Assembly: GCA_964036045.1 (NCBI GenBank)
Contig: OZ038378.1
Location: 179,552,001 to 179,616,000 of the forward strand
Origin: Eutreptiella sp. 'Long Island Sound 2002'
Lineage: Eukaryota > Protista > Euglenida
Direction of reading: 5' to 3'
DNA length: 64,000 nucleotides
In this document: piece by piece, positions 1 to 13,293 of the stretch
How positions within the stretch are numbered: position 1 is the first letter of the stretch
Layout: the number at the start of each line of letters is the position of its first letter
Position numbers and translations under genes: made by a program
The notes under the pieces: generated by a model
Database searches by the model: none
What the model saw: only the letters and a program-made list of their open reading frames with translations
What the model was told of the DNA's origin: nothing

Positions 1-1
1 C

Positions 2-660
2 TGCCAGGGCGCTCATTTCCTTGCACCCCTCATGCAGCTCCCGCGATACATTGCCTATGGTGCGCTAGAAGTGGACGTGGTACCTGTTCGGGTAGCGGGG
101 TGGCTACTCTAGGCACTAGACGTGCATGACTTGCCACACAACGAGCAATTCTGGGTGCTGTTCAGCGGCTGCTCCACTCTGGTGGCCGATGTCATGGATA
201 TGTTCTGGCTGCCCGTCAGTGCAGTTGTCTTGGAGCACCACGGCTCATTTGCTGTGTGTGGCACGGCAGATACAATTTCGGCGCGCCTCATGCAGCAAGA
301 CCAGGCGGAGCCGGTGAAGTGGGACCAGGTGTACGAGGCGACCAAGCACGGGCTGCCGTTGGATGCGGCCGAAGACGATACACAGCCTGAGCGCGGTATG
401 CCTTACATGGTGTAGGTGATGCAGGGTACAAGGTGTGAAAGGGAAAAGGGGATACCTTGTCAACGGGACCGGCTGCCGCTACAGGGCCCGAAAAGAAGAA
501 ACCCAAGCCCGACAAGGCCGAGAAGAGGAGTTCGGAGAAGAAGGATGAGGGGAAGTCAGACAAGGCAGGCAGTAGTCCGAAGAAGGGTAAGGCGAAGGGC
601 GTGGCACAGGTGTGGCACAGAACAGCCGTATGCACTTGTGGCCAAGCGCCACATACCTAG
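2..660 (+). pseudogene. Decayed coding remnant, probably transposon-derived, ending in a Lys-rich tail
   Basis: Frame 2..415 is open except one TAG at 107-109 (CQGAHFLAPLMQLPRYIAYGALEVDVV...*ALDVHDLPHNEQFW...). After a frame change it continues as EKKKPKPDKAEKRSSEKK...PKKGKAKGVAQVWHR (457-660). No splice structure was found. Confidence 0.35.
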
Positions 661-1066
661 TGCCGTGTGTGCATGCGTATCGTTGTTGCAATTAGCGGTC
701 CTTCACACGCCGACTGTGGCATGCCCTCTTGCTCTACGGCCGCGGCATGCGTCTTCGTAGCATGTAGCCGCCGCTAATTCGCACTCGATGATGCCCGCAA
801 AGAACACGTCCTCCAAGATCCCCCCCGCGTCATCGCGGACGATGGCCTTCTCCCTCTTCAAGAAGAGGCTGGAGGGGGTCAGCAGTTCCAACAACAAGAA
901 GTAGTAGTAGCGGCTGCTCCGTGCATCGGCGGGATGTACAGCGTGATGCACAGCGTGATGTACAGGGTGATGTGCAGTGGTTTGCTCTTGCTGGGTGCAG
1001 CGTTGTGTGGGTGCAGTGCCCGTGACCACATGCATTGAGAGGGCGCGCTACCTCATGTTCGATGTT

Positions 1067-2564
1067 CACTGGCAAAATTCTACCAGTGGCCTCTTTGACC
1101 GTGGCTTGCACCTTTTGCGGGGTGTTGTCTCTCCGATATATACTTTTGCACCAAGTGGTCGCAACCGTGAGGACCTTTGGGTCCTTCGTGGCCCTGTGTT
1201 TCTCGTGCGCCCTGCACACTGTTGTTTTCCACCTATGCATCCCACCCATGCATTCCACTGTACATTAGCCTGCACCCCACACACTCCCCTTTGCCTCGGC
1301 ACTGGCAGAATTTTGCTAGTGCCCTGCCGTTGCACGTTTGTGTGCGGCATATCTTGCTGTTGAGGCCCCCTTGTGTGCGGTTGACCTGCGCGGGTAGCTC
1401 GCACGTGTGCATTACCCGTGCAGCATATGCCCTCTGCCTCGACTGGCATAATTCTGCCAGCCACTGCCCGGTGTGCGCACACCATGTCACGTCATGCAGC
1501 AATGGTGATGGCTGCCCTTTGCACCTGCACACCCCTTGCCGGTCCCTTAACTCAGCACTACACGCTTTGTGGCATGCACATTGACCATACACATGCACTG
1601 TCCATATCTGACGTCCGCATTCACTACCTCGCACCGTCTTCATGCACGCGTCTGCACCACCCATAGATGGATATAAATGTGTGCATGTGCCCCTGGCGTT
1701 TTGCAGCATTTCCTTCAACCTTGTCTGATAGGGTCAAGGCCCGTTCATAGCGCCGAGCTATGTATTGTACGTACGTGGTGTCGCACAATATGTGGGGTTG
1801 CTGTGCGCCTGCGTGTGCAGCGCAGTAGCCTCCCTGTTGCATCGTACTGGCGTCACCTGCGGTCGGTGCGCTCAGACTGGGCTGCGCATCTCGTCCTCCC
1901 GCGTCGTGCGTGTCGCAGCGCGGTTTTCTTGGGCACCCCAGTGTGCCGGTGCTAGACGTGTGTGTGTGTGTGTGTTTGTGTGCCATGTCCACTGGCAGAA
2001 TTCTGCCAGTGGCACCTGGTGTTGATGTCGCCGGAATTGCTTGCAGTGGTCCGCACTGCCCAACGCACCCTGCAGAACTTGCGCACGATACTTACTGCTG
2101 CAATTGCGTTGTGCTGCATGCTGTGCCTTCCGTGCTTGATGCCACATGCACCTCCTGTATTGTGGCCACTTTGACCCGTGGTGGTTAGATCACCATGCAG
2201 GGGTTTGTAGAAAAACCGCATGCAGAATTTTGAGGTATGACACGGTGTACCCAAGTAGGCCTTGAAAATTGGCTCCACAGCCATGGTTGCGTGACAGCCC
2301 GATGTTCTACCTGCTGCAAACCCTACGACACAAACCACACCGATAGATTGCTCGCTGCAACCCCTTTCAAATCCGCCGATGCATTCATTGTGCCCATCAA
2401 AAACACCCGAAACCCCATTTTTCACATGGTTTTTGAGACCGGAATTTGGGCCCCAAAGTGCCAAAAAGTCACCCAAAGGGGGTGTTGTGTCGCGTCCCAA
2501 AAACGCGCTGCCCACAAACATGGGTTTCCATCACTCACGTTTTGGTGGCAGAATTCTGCCAGTG
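1067..2564. repeat. Cluster of five copies of the 22-bp palindrome CACTGGCAGAATTCTGCCAGTG
   Basis: Copies at 1067-1088, 1300-1321, 1441-1462, 1990-2011 (perfect; 24 bp with flanking C/G) and 2543-2564 (16-bp perfect core). A diverged copy lies at ~37013-37034. Confidence 0.9.
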
Positions 2565-2829
2565 GGGTTTTTGGGGGGACCCCCAAATGGGCCGCCTAAG
2601 ACAAGCCAAACCATTACGGACCATGATGTGGCCATGGTTCCGCTCCCCGAAAGAGGCCGAACTGAGGGCTTGCGGATTCACACAAAAAAATCATCTGGTC
2701 CACCAAACCACATCTTACACGAGAATGTGGTTGCTTACAAAGTGGGCATAATCCAAAGAGGGTCAGAAGCTTCCCTTTGAAGACTTGACAATCCAACAGG
2801 GAGACCAGGGGGACCAGGGTACTTGAACC

Positions 2830-3530
2830 CGAATGGAATGGTGGTTGCTCCCAAGGGGCCATCTTATGTATTTCATAGTGGGAGGTGGCAGATATGGCAA
2901 CACGGGGCGCTCTATAGATACCATTTGCTGCCCATCTAAACACGATGCTACTGTGGCCAAATCATTGCCGATTGGCTATTGCCGATTGGCACACATAGCA
3001 CATGAACTGGCCTGCTTCACAAGGTGGGATTCTACCAAGGATGTGACACTCATGCCTCATGTGAAGCCACTTCGCCATGATGATTTGCTTAAGCACTGCA
3101 TTGGTTTGCTGGAGGGTGTTGCTGAGCATAAAGTGAAGGTCATTGAGAAGTGTGGACACAGCTTCCCTTCTTCTCAGAGTTGAGAGTGTTTGACCCTAGG
3201 CAACGAGACACGATGCCATCAGACATCTCAGCATGCTCCCATGTGTTACCCAGTGATGATCTTGAATCCTTGCACGAGTCTGGACAATGGGCTCTGTATT
3301 TCAAGCAAGAGGGACCGCCACAGGATGACCATTTTGATTTGCTGAAGTGGTGGTTGAATGCCTCCGTGTTTGCAACCGTTGGTAGAGCATGCCATTGACC
3401 CTCCCAACCACAAGTCGTACGGCTGAGGTGTCATTCCGTGCCAGGCTCGTTGACTCCTGAGCAGAGCCTCATGCATGAAGACACATAACAAGGCTATCTT
3501 TTTGCAATGATGAATGGTGATATTAACAAC
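2830..3530 (+). mobile_element. Degraded, internally deleted hAT-like transposase remnant
   Basis: Fragments IGYCRLAH..EL..TRWDS (C-x-x-H and TRW-like), then DLLKWWLNAS, LPTTSRTAEVSF and YLFAMMNGD in shifting frames. This order resembles the hAT C-terminal dimerisation region (WW...P.tS..aErsFS...lf..N). Stops and frameshifts are present; TIRs were not identified. Confidence 0.4.
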
Positions 3531-4270
3531 AAATGCATTCCCCAAAATGGGCACTTTTTTGTAGTCATGGGAAGCACATCAGATGGTATCATCAACGAGT
3601 CCCTGCTGTTGGACTGTGTTCAACTGCTTCAAGGGTACATGTTGTAGGTGAATGGTAGTTTCTGGGTGGTTGGTTGTTATTTAACAATGATTTCCTGTCA
3701 ATTGGGTATAGATTTGGATCAAGAAAAACCACCCCCCAAAATGTGAGTACCAAATGTGCCGCTGCAAGCTGAGCTTCTGGAATTTAAGATGTTTGCATGC
3801 CGTCCCCACACTATGACTATTTGTAATATGATGAGGTGGATGGTGGCATATGGCCTATTTGTTTATTTGAAAGGTGATTACCTACCAATTGGGTGCAGAC
3901 TTGGACAAAAACCCAACCCCCCAAAAGTAGGCCCCTCTTTTTGTGTAGATTCACTGTACATCTGCACATTGCGCGAAAGATCGCCAGAAAAAAAAAAGCA
4001 AAGCTCACCAGAATTTCATTTTGATGGGGGTGTTCTTAGACAGTGCATGGCTTCGACGCTGGTTTTTTGGAGAAATTGGGCATCATGCAACATGTCTTTT
4101 GGCAAGGGTATCTGTCCCATGTGTGTCATGTGCACGTGCCTCCTCCACAGGTCAATATGTAGTACTGCTCTCTGTCCTTCTTGGCTTAGCGGTAGGGGTT
4201 CCGCGGTGCATCTGAAGCTTGATGCAGGTTGTGCTTCAGAGGCTTCGCCCCCGTGACCTCTAGCTCTGGG

Positions 4271-7200
4271 ATGATGCATTTGGGGTCTGTGTTTTACATA
4301 CTGGCTTTTGGGGTTTATCAAGGAGCGAGCACATGCACAGCCACACTGACACCAACACCAACACTGTCGCCAACGCTGACCCTTAGTTCAACCCCAACTG
4401 TGAGCTCCACCCCGACGGTGTCCCCCACACCGTCACCGACAACTTCACCTACACTTTCCTCAACAACATCTCCAACGCCATCCTCCTCTCCAACACCAAC
4501 TGTGAGCCGAAGTCCGTCGCCTTCCGCGACACCGTCCCTCACTGCAACCCTTTCCCCAACGTCTTCAGCAACTCAAACCTGCTCGTGCAGTCTGACACCG
4601 ACCTCCACGTTTACATGCTCCCCAACCCCTTCAGTGACCACTTCGCCGTCCCCAACATGCACCTGCAGCCCAACACGGTCGCCCACAGGAACATGCACAC
4701 CCACACCCTCGCCAACCACCTCACCATCCCCGAGTTGCTCCTGCAGCCCTTCATCAACAGCCACAACATCATCTACGTGGTCAGCCTCCTCTACATGCAC
4801 ACCTACCCAATCGCTAACACAGACGCCCTCACTCACGCTTTCGCCGACGGCATCCATTACACCCACCCCAACATCCTCACCCACACCATCATCCACCCCT
4901 TCACCAACCTCTTCATCTACACCATCAACCACGCACACAGTCACACCAACACAAACCCAAACACCTTCACTGACCCCATCTATCTCGAGATCACCTACTC
5001 CGACCCCAACTCTGTCGCCGACCCCCACGTGTTCCCTCTCTCCAACTGGCACTTCTACTCCAACGTCCACATCAACACCCACATCAACGCTGACATTAAC
5101 AGGCTCACTCTCACCCACTCCGTCATACACGCATTCAGTCACCTCCACAGCAACATCGACGCCGACATTGACATCCACGTTGACCCCGACAATCACTCCA
5201 ACTGCAACTGCAACGCCATCGCCAACGCCAACGCCGACCCCGACTACGACGACCTCTCCCACCACATCCTCCACTCCCTCGTGCACGGCCACATCGACAC
5301 CAACAGGATCGTCCACCCCAACCCCGACTTCTTCACCCACCATCTCTCCGACAGTATCCTTGACCTCGTCTGCAAGCTCTTCGGGAACACCATCTGGGAC
5401 ACCATCTGCAACACCATCTTGTACGCCTACACCCACCACAACATCATCACCAACCCTCACGACCACCCTGACACCATCACCGTCCCCCACACCCACACCC
5501 ACACCCACACCCACACCGACCGCGACCCCCTCCCTCAGCCCCACCAGCTCCCAATCGTCAACACCAACGTCAACCCTGACGCCTACAGCTTCACTCAGCC
5601 CCTCCCCAACCTCAACACAGACGCCAACCCTCAGTGCCACGCCCACCCCCACCTCCTCAGCAACCCCCAGCTCCTCTCCCACCCCTACGCCTACGCCAAC
5701 TCCCACGCCAACCCCTACGCCTACGCCAAGCCCGACGCCATCCTGCTCGATGTCGGTCCTCGTGACGCGGTCTCTGACAGCCACTGCAACCCCAAGCCCG
5801 TCCGACACCCTGTCCCTTTCGAGCATCTTAATCCTCACGGCATCCGGATCTCCTTCGCCGTCGCACACGTGGTCAGCCACCATCACTCGGGCCTTTTTGA
5901 CGTTGTCTCCCACCGTCTCCGGTACGAGCACTGAGTTGCTGCGGCAATCTTCAAGCCGAAGCCGCACCACAACAGCCTCTGCCCTGGCCTCCCCCAGTCC
6001 GTCCCGCACGAGGACATCGTCTTTCAGCATCGCCACGTCCCTCAGCCCAACTGCAAGCCCCACGGCCACAACCAGCCTGCAGCGTACCCTTTCCCCCACG
6101 GCATCCCGCTCCATAACGCAGCCGAACGCGCTCACGCGCTCCCTCAGCCCCACGTCCACCCGCTCCGGGCCGCAGACCTGCACCGTCTCCACAACGCGAC
6201 CCCTCAGCCCCACGCTGTCACGGTCCCTCTCCCCCTCATTCACGCTCACGTGGTCCTCCACGCCCACCCCCACCCTCTCGGGGTCCACCACCCCGACGCC
6301 CACGGCCACGGGCACTTGGACCCCAACGCTGTCCCGCTCCGTCTCCGCTTCCGTCTCCCACTCCCCAACGTGGGCCCGCACGCCAACCCGGAGCTCCGTC
6401 ACCGTCTCCGCCTCTGCGAGCCCCCGCAGCCCTTCGCCGTCCCGGTCCTCCAGCCTCAGTCCTACCGGCTCGTCACTGAGTCGCACCCCGTCCCGCACCC
6501 TTTCCCCAGTGCCCAGCTTCGCCTTCACCCGCTCCCTCTCGCGTGCGTCACTCACTGCGTCGCCCACGGCCAGCACTCACTCGCAGTCCCCCTCCCCAAC
6601 AGCCTCCGGCACGGCATCTTCATCCTCGCGCCCCAGCCCCACGCGGTCCCAAAGCAGATTGGGCTCGCCCTCGTTGTCGTACTCCCCGACTTCCACATGC
6701 ACCCGCAGCCTTTCCACCCCAAGTCTCACCGCCACCCGTACGCCCCCCCGGACCGCATCGCGGTCCCAGTCCTCCACTGCTACCGGCTCCCAGAGCTCGG
6801 CAACCCGTACCCCAACGCAGAGCACCAGCCCATCGCCGTCCTGCGCCCGCTCCAAAACTCTGTCCCTGTCCCCCTCGTTCACAGTGACGCAAACCTGTTC
6901 CCGCCGCGCCACGACCACTGACTCCCGGACCTTGACAGCATCCACGTCGCGGTCCTGCCTGGGCTCCACGTCGCTGTCCCTGACGGCCACCCTGAGCCTC
7001 AGCCCTTCACGCAGCCCCAGGAAGTCTCTTTCGCGCTCGGTATCGCGCACGACGCCGTCCGGCTCACAGTCCGCCTCCGCCACCTCCTCCCAGATCCGTA
7101 CAGGCTCCTCAACCGCGACGGAGTCGTACCAGCCGACCCGCACCGCATCCGCCACTGGCACGTTCAGCCCCAGCGCCAGCCTACGGAGGTCCCCTAGCCG

Positions 7201-10200
7201 GACCTGCAGCGCCACTGCCTCCCCCTCCGTCAGCACTGCCTCCCGGACCCCCTCCCCCACTCCGACCTCGAGTGCCTCGCTGACCGCGCCTGCGTCCCCG
7301 TCTGCTTCACTGTCCTGCACCGTGAGCCCCACGGCCTCCTGCAGCCGACCGCCCACGCGCAGCTTCACTGCCTCGGCATCCGCCACGCTCCTGCCTACGC
7401 GGACGTTTTCCGCATCGCTGCTGAGCGCCTCGCGGTCGGATTCGCCGTCGCCGGATCGTACGCGGAGTGCCTCCGCAACCGTCACGCTGTCGGGGACGCA
7501 AACGCCCACCGGCACCCGCGCCCGCCCCGGCAGCGGCACTGCCACCAACTCTGGCACCGCGTCGCGGTCCGGCACGGGCTCCGCATCGCCGCGGCCGACG
7601 GGCACGACGACCGTCACCGGGTCGCAGACCGCGTCGCCCTCGTCGCATGGCACGGCCTCCGGCACCGCAACGGCCACGTGGTCCCGCCGTCCGAGCGGCA
7701 CCGCATCCGACACCCGAACGCCCACCGCCAGACCCACCTGCACGACCAGCGTCTCCCCCAGTGCCACGGGGTCCCGCAGTGCGAGCGGCAGCGCGACCAC
7801 GGCAACGGCCTCCGCCACGGCCTCCTTGGCCCTCACTCGCACATGGTCGCGGACCGCCACCCTCTCGCGGTCCTGCACCACCGGCACCGCGCCACTCACC
7901 CTCTCCCAGTCCCTCTCGCCGTCCACTTCACGGCCGGCCACCGCCAGTGCGTCGCGGTCGCGCACGTGCAGCGGCAGCGGCAGCGCCGCCGCGACCACCG
8001 CGAACACCGACAGCCGCAGCGGCACTGGCACGCGGACCGGCAGCGCCGCCCCGACCCGCACCGCGACGCCGACCACGTCGGTGTCCCTCACCACCACACG
8101 GGCCCCTACCCGCACGTCCACGGGAAGCGACTCGGCCACGCATTCGCGGTCCGACAGCCGCAGCCAACAGCTCTCGTCGTCCGTGACCCGCACCGCCACC
8201 GACGGCGACAGCGGCAGCAAAACCCGCATTCAGACCCCCACCGCGTCCGACCGGCCGCCGGGCACCGCCAGCGCCACGCGCACGCGCACCCCCCGGCCCA
8301 CCGCGACGCGCACCGGCACCGACTCATGCACCGGCTCCGCAACGGCGTCGGCGCCGGCCACGGGGTCCCTCACCGCCACCGCGACGCCCGTGGGCACTCG
8401 CACCTGGACCGCCTCCGGCTCCTTCTCCTGCACCCACACCCTCCCGCGCTCTCCCACCCGCTCGTGGTCGGGGCCGCCGTCGGCCTCTGCCACCCACACC
8501 GCCACTGCCAGCCCCTCCAAGACGCAGTCCGCCGTCCCCAGCGCCCCCGCGTCCGCCACCGCCACCATCTCCGCGTCTCTCACGCCGGCGGCCACCTGCA
8601 CTGCCACGGGGTCCCGCACCTGGTCGCCCTCGTGCCTCCCCGCGGCCTCCGCCACGCTGTCCCTCAGCCAGGCCCCGACCCACTCCCAGACCCCCACCGC
8701 CTCCCGTCGGGTCCGGAGCACCCGCACCGTGTCGCCCACCCGCGCCAGCACCGCCACCCGCACCCACACCGGCTCTGCTACGTACCCCCTAGCGCTCTCC
8801 CGCACCATCACAGAGACGCCCACTTGCCGACCCACGTCCACTTTCTCGCGGACGGGGACTCGCAGCGCCACCGCACCCCCCACTGCCACCGCCACCGCCA
8901 GCCCCTCCCCCTCTCCCTCCGACCATGGGACCCGATCCCCTTCCTGGTCCCTGCGCTCCACACGCTCCGGCACAACCACGGAGTCCTGGGCCTTTACGCC
9001 CTCCGCATCCCCATCCTCCGTCACCCGCACGCCCTCTCGAGGGCTCACCGCCACCTTCACCGACACCTGGAGCCCCTCCGCCACCGCTACGGCAACCGCC
9101 GCACGGGACCCCAGCGCCACCTGCAGCCCCACAGCGTCTGCCCCAGCGGCCCCCACGCCCACCACCTCCGGCTCACTCACCGCCTCGTGCTCTGCCAGTC
9201 GCCTGCGCACCGCCACACCCTCCTCAACGCCGTCCCGCACCCGACTGCCCACCTCGACATTCACACGAAGCGGCACCGCGACAGTGTCCACAACAGCCGC
9301 GCCAGCCCCCAGCGCCACCGCCAGCCTCGCCGCCCTCCCCACCCTCACCGCCACACGCTCCGACTCCGCGCTGCCCCCACAGACCCGCACCAGCTCTCCC
9401 CCGCCGACCCTTACCCCCACGCCGGCCCTGTCCCTCACGGGGCCCACGGAGTCCCCGTCGCTGTCGTGGTCGCCGACGGGGACCTTCAAGGCCACACGCA
9501 CCTTCACCGTCACGCGCACCGCGTCCGGCCCCGGGCCCCTGTCAGTCTCCGAAACGCCGACCGACACCGCAACACGTCCCGCCGCCCGAACTGCGACGCT
9601 CACCAGAGCCGCCTCGGCATCGGCATCGCGCCCCGTGACCGTCACAGCCTCCGGGCAGCCCACGTGCACTCTGTCATCCACCCCAAGCGGCGCCCGCCCG
9701 CTCTCCCGAACCTTCACCGCTTCCCACAGTGGGACTCGATCTGCCGCCCGCTGGAGCCTGACCTGCAGCGCCACCCGCACCGCATCCTCAGCGCCGGAAG
9801 TCACAGCCTCGCGCACTGCCTCCATCGCTCCCACGCGCACTTACACCCCCACGTCCACATGCAGCGCCTCCTCCACGGACCCCCATGGGCCAACCCCATC
9901 CCGCAGCGCCCCCCCTACCGCCTCCGTCTCCAGCAGCGCAACCGCCACCGGCTCCTTCCGTGGCTCGATTTGCCGTACACCCACCATCAGCCCCTCGCAG
10001 ACGGGCACACGCAGCCACGACCCCCTGCGCACCCTCTCTTTTACGGAGCCCGCCACCCCCTCCGGTACTGCCTCCGCCTCCACACTGCTACGGCCCACTC
10101 CCACGCGGTCGGCGACTGCCACGGGCACCTGCGTGGCTGCTACGCGGACGCACACCCCCACCCCCACAGCCACATATTGGGTGGTGACCGCATCCGACTC

Positions 10201-11320
10201 TGAGCAAGTCGCCCCCACCCTCTCTGCCACACCCGCGCCCACGAACAGCCACAGCGTGTCTGAACTCCCAACTGCCTCGCAGACGCTTGATGTCCGGAGT
10301 GCCACCCTCGACCTCACCTCCACGGACTCCGCCCCCGACCGAACAGAGACATTCAATTTGACGGCGACGTGGAGTCTTGACGTCGCATCGATGTCGATGG
10401 TGGCCACACAGAGCCGGACGTCGCCCATGACGCACACCCCGACTCCGACCCCGACCCCCACCCCAACCCCAACCCCAACGGCCACTGGCACCGTCGTCCC
10501 GACCGCCACCTGCACCCCCACCCCCTCCTCAACCCCCACCCCCACGGCCTCCCCCACACCCACCCCATCTCCGACACCGTCCGTCACGCTGACCCGCTCC
10601 CGCACGCCGCTGCCCACCGTCTCCGAGACCCCAATCCCGACCCGCACAGTCACCTGCACGCTAACCGCCGTGCCCACGCACAGTGGCACCGGCACGAGCA
10701 CCCCTATGCCCACCTGCACTCCCTCCCCCTCCCCGACGCCCTCCGCGTCCCCCATCCAGACCGCCTCCCTGACGTCAACCCAAACACATACCGCAACTGC
10801 GACACGCACTGCGACCGTCACCCGCTCCCGTTCCGGCACCCGCACCGCAACCCGCACGCTCGACCCAACCACGTCGGCGACACGGACGGGGTCCGCCTCT
10901 GATACCCACACCCCGGTCCCTACGGCCACTCTCACAGCGACCCGGTCCCGCACCGCGACCCGCACCGTCACGCTTCATCCCACCTGCACCCCCACGCCCT
11001 CCCGCACCTCCACTGTGGTGCCCACCACAACCTGGAGCCCCACCCCCACGGCCTTCCCGACCGCTACCCCCAGCGCCACCCCAACACCCTCCGCTACCAG
11101 CTCCCCAAGCGCCACTGCCTCCAGCCTCCCCACCCTCACCCCAACCCCCACTCCCACCGACACGGCCTCTGCCACCGTCACGCCCACCGGCACCCCCTCC
11201 GCGACGACCAGCCCAACGCCAACTTGTTCCAACACCAACACACCCTCGGAAACTGGCACACCCCTCCCAACGTTCACCGCAACAGCCGTGGAATGGCCAG
11301 TGAACGCCATCACTCAGCGG
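4271..11320 (+). CDS. Gene 1 exon 1: signal peptide plus ~2,340-aa Thr/Ser/Pro-rich mucin-like stalk of a polycystin-1/REJ-like protein
   Basis: ATG at 4271 ([20 protein letters not shown], hydrophobic leader). 7,050 nt stop-free, TP/SP and alternating S/T residues. Donor CGG|GTCTGC at 11321 (phase 0); the rest of the 4229..11710 ORF runs into MITE sequence. Confidence 0.85.
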
Positions 11321-13029
11321 GTCTGCCCTCCACGCCCCTCGTTGCCCTCTCAATCTCACAACGCATTCCTCATGGCCCCATTTTCAGTCCTATTGGTGGG
11401 ACGGAGAACCATTTTTGGGGGGTTGGTTACGGCGGACGGTTGGACCCCCCGCTGGACCCCGCAACCAACGCCAACGGGACCAGCAGTTAGGTCTTACACC
11501 CTGTGTCTTATGCTGCCCGCCGCATGTCTTTGCTGGTTCAGATCACCCCCGCAGGAAGGGGGCTGTCCCCAAGGGGGGCGGCCTGTTCGAATTAGACCCC
11601 CGCCCCCCCCCCCCCACCCCTCTTCCAGACCCCCAAAGTTTTCGAACCCGTCTTTCTCCAATTTGAGATTTTGGGGGAAAGTGGGGGAAAGTTCGGCGCC
11701 GAAAATTTAATGAAACCGTTTTTTCTCCCTGCTGAGGGGGTAGTTTTTTTTTTTTTTAACCCTATGTGTCTATACTCAAAATACTCAGAATTTTGTGGAG
11801 AATTCAAAAATGGGTTAAAAACACAAGGAAAATTTTGACCCCCGACCTGACCTCCGGGTCGGACCTTGGCTGACGGGAGCCTGAGCTAATGGGCAAATTT
11901 TTTCTGAAAAATTTTCTTACCCCAGTTGTGTATGTTCAAAATGATCAGCGTGTCATGGGGATCATTTTGAGGTATGTATGTTGGGGTACCCACCAACCCC
12001 CCCTGGGGACCCCGGCGGCTGACGGGCCGACCCACCTCCCCCCCCCCCCCCTCCAGACCCCCAAAAGTTTTCGCACCCAGTTGGGGTCTAGAATTTAAAC
12101 AGGCCGCCCCCATTGGCTGTCCTCTTGGGCGACGCGGGAAGGGCCCACGGCGCTGGTGACAGATGGTTCAACCACAGTTTCCAGTTCTGGAAAACGGAAA
12201 AATCTTTTTGGACATGCGCCTCTCAAATGCACCAGCTCGATGAGTCAGTTCAAAAAATCACGTTGGTTGACCTGTTTAGGCCCGTGTTGAAAAGATAGCA
12301 GATAGCAGTGTTCAAGCACTGTTCCTGACAATGTAGGCTGCATTTTGAAAGTTTGCACAGGATACGAGGTTCTCAGTGTGCTCAATTTCGTTACCCCTAA
12401 AATGATCGACTTGGGCCACAATATCAGAAATCAACTCGGTGTCTGTTTTGGTTCGGTTTTGCAGAGACATGGCTAATTGTGACCAATTTTGGGGGCAGTT
12501 ATGGGCTGTTTTTGGCCGCTAATTTGCAAAATTACGAACAAAGCTAACCCACCGCAAGCAAGGGATGTGTTGGAATGCTCCGGATTTGGAATCTATTGGG
12601 ATGCCCCAGATCTAGATTGTATTGAGATGCCGGGTATTTACATTTTATGATATGCTTCACATCTAAATTGTATTTGGATGCTCCAGCTCTAGATTGTATT
12701 GGGAAGCTGCCAGGGAGCTGTGTACAACAAACGGCCTGAGCAGCAAAAAATTTCCACTTCTGTGGAATTACACTGGCTGTTTGCCACATCACACACCCTT
12801 CGTTGCTCAGACAGGTGGGCTTTGGGGTGCACACAGAAGGCCACAACGTCTCACCTGCTCCCCTGGGAGGTGGGGGGCGGATGTTGGTGGCCTACCCCTA
12901 CCCCTACCCTCTCGGTGGACACACATGGCACTGAGTAAAACGTGGACTTCATCATTGCCCCAGCCCGCCCGTCCTGCTGTCGTTGTCCCATCCACGCACG
13001 CCTCCCCTCACATCCTCACCATCCCTTAG

Positions 13030-13293
13030 GCACAGCCGGAGCTGGAGGTGATGGCACGCCCCGCGTGCGGCGACGTGGTGTTGGACGGCCGCGGTACTGT
13101 CGGTGGCGGGGCCTACGACTACTACTGGGACGCAGGGGGTGGCACCGCAGACCTCCGTGCGTTCCTGAGGGCTCAGAACGGGACGGTGGTGGGCGTGCCC
13201 TTGGGGCTGCTGCACGGGGGTGCCCTCCTGTTCCAGGTCTCGGTCTGCCTCCGCAACACAGGGCTCTGCGATTTCGCCACGAGGCCTGCGCAG
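13030..13293 (+). CDS. Gene 1 exon 2: start of PKD/REJ-like region
   Basis: Acceptor ccatcccttAG|GCA (phase 0). Encodes AQPELEVMARPACGDVVLDGRGTVGGGAYDYYW..., the 'C...LD..s..gg...y.W' pattern of REJ-region repeats. Donor CAG|GTGTGT at 13294. Confidence 0.8.

Noticed and set aside
1067-2564. CRISPR interpretation of the palindromic repeats
   Set aside because: Spacers of 120-530 bp are irregular, there are no cas genes, and the context is eukaryotic.
4318-11359. Long antisense ORFs (VGVGV/EGV-rich; 667, 550, 536, 376 aa) and His/Arg/Pro-rich shifted-frame ORFs over exon 1
   Set aside because: They are shadows of the C-rich Thr/Ser/Pro frame. The antisense ORFs abut in one register, broken only by single stops, and have no independent start, splice or domain signal.
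11321-11710. C-terminal ~130 aa of the 2493-aa ORF treated as the real protein end
   Set aside because: It reads through a phase-matched donor into MITE and poly-C sequence, while splicing joins cleanly to REJ exons.
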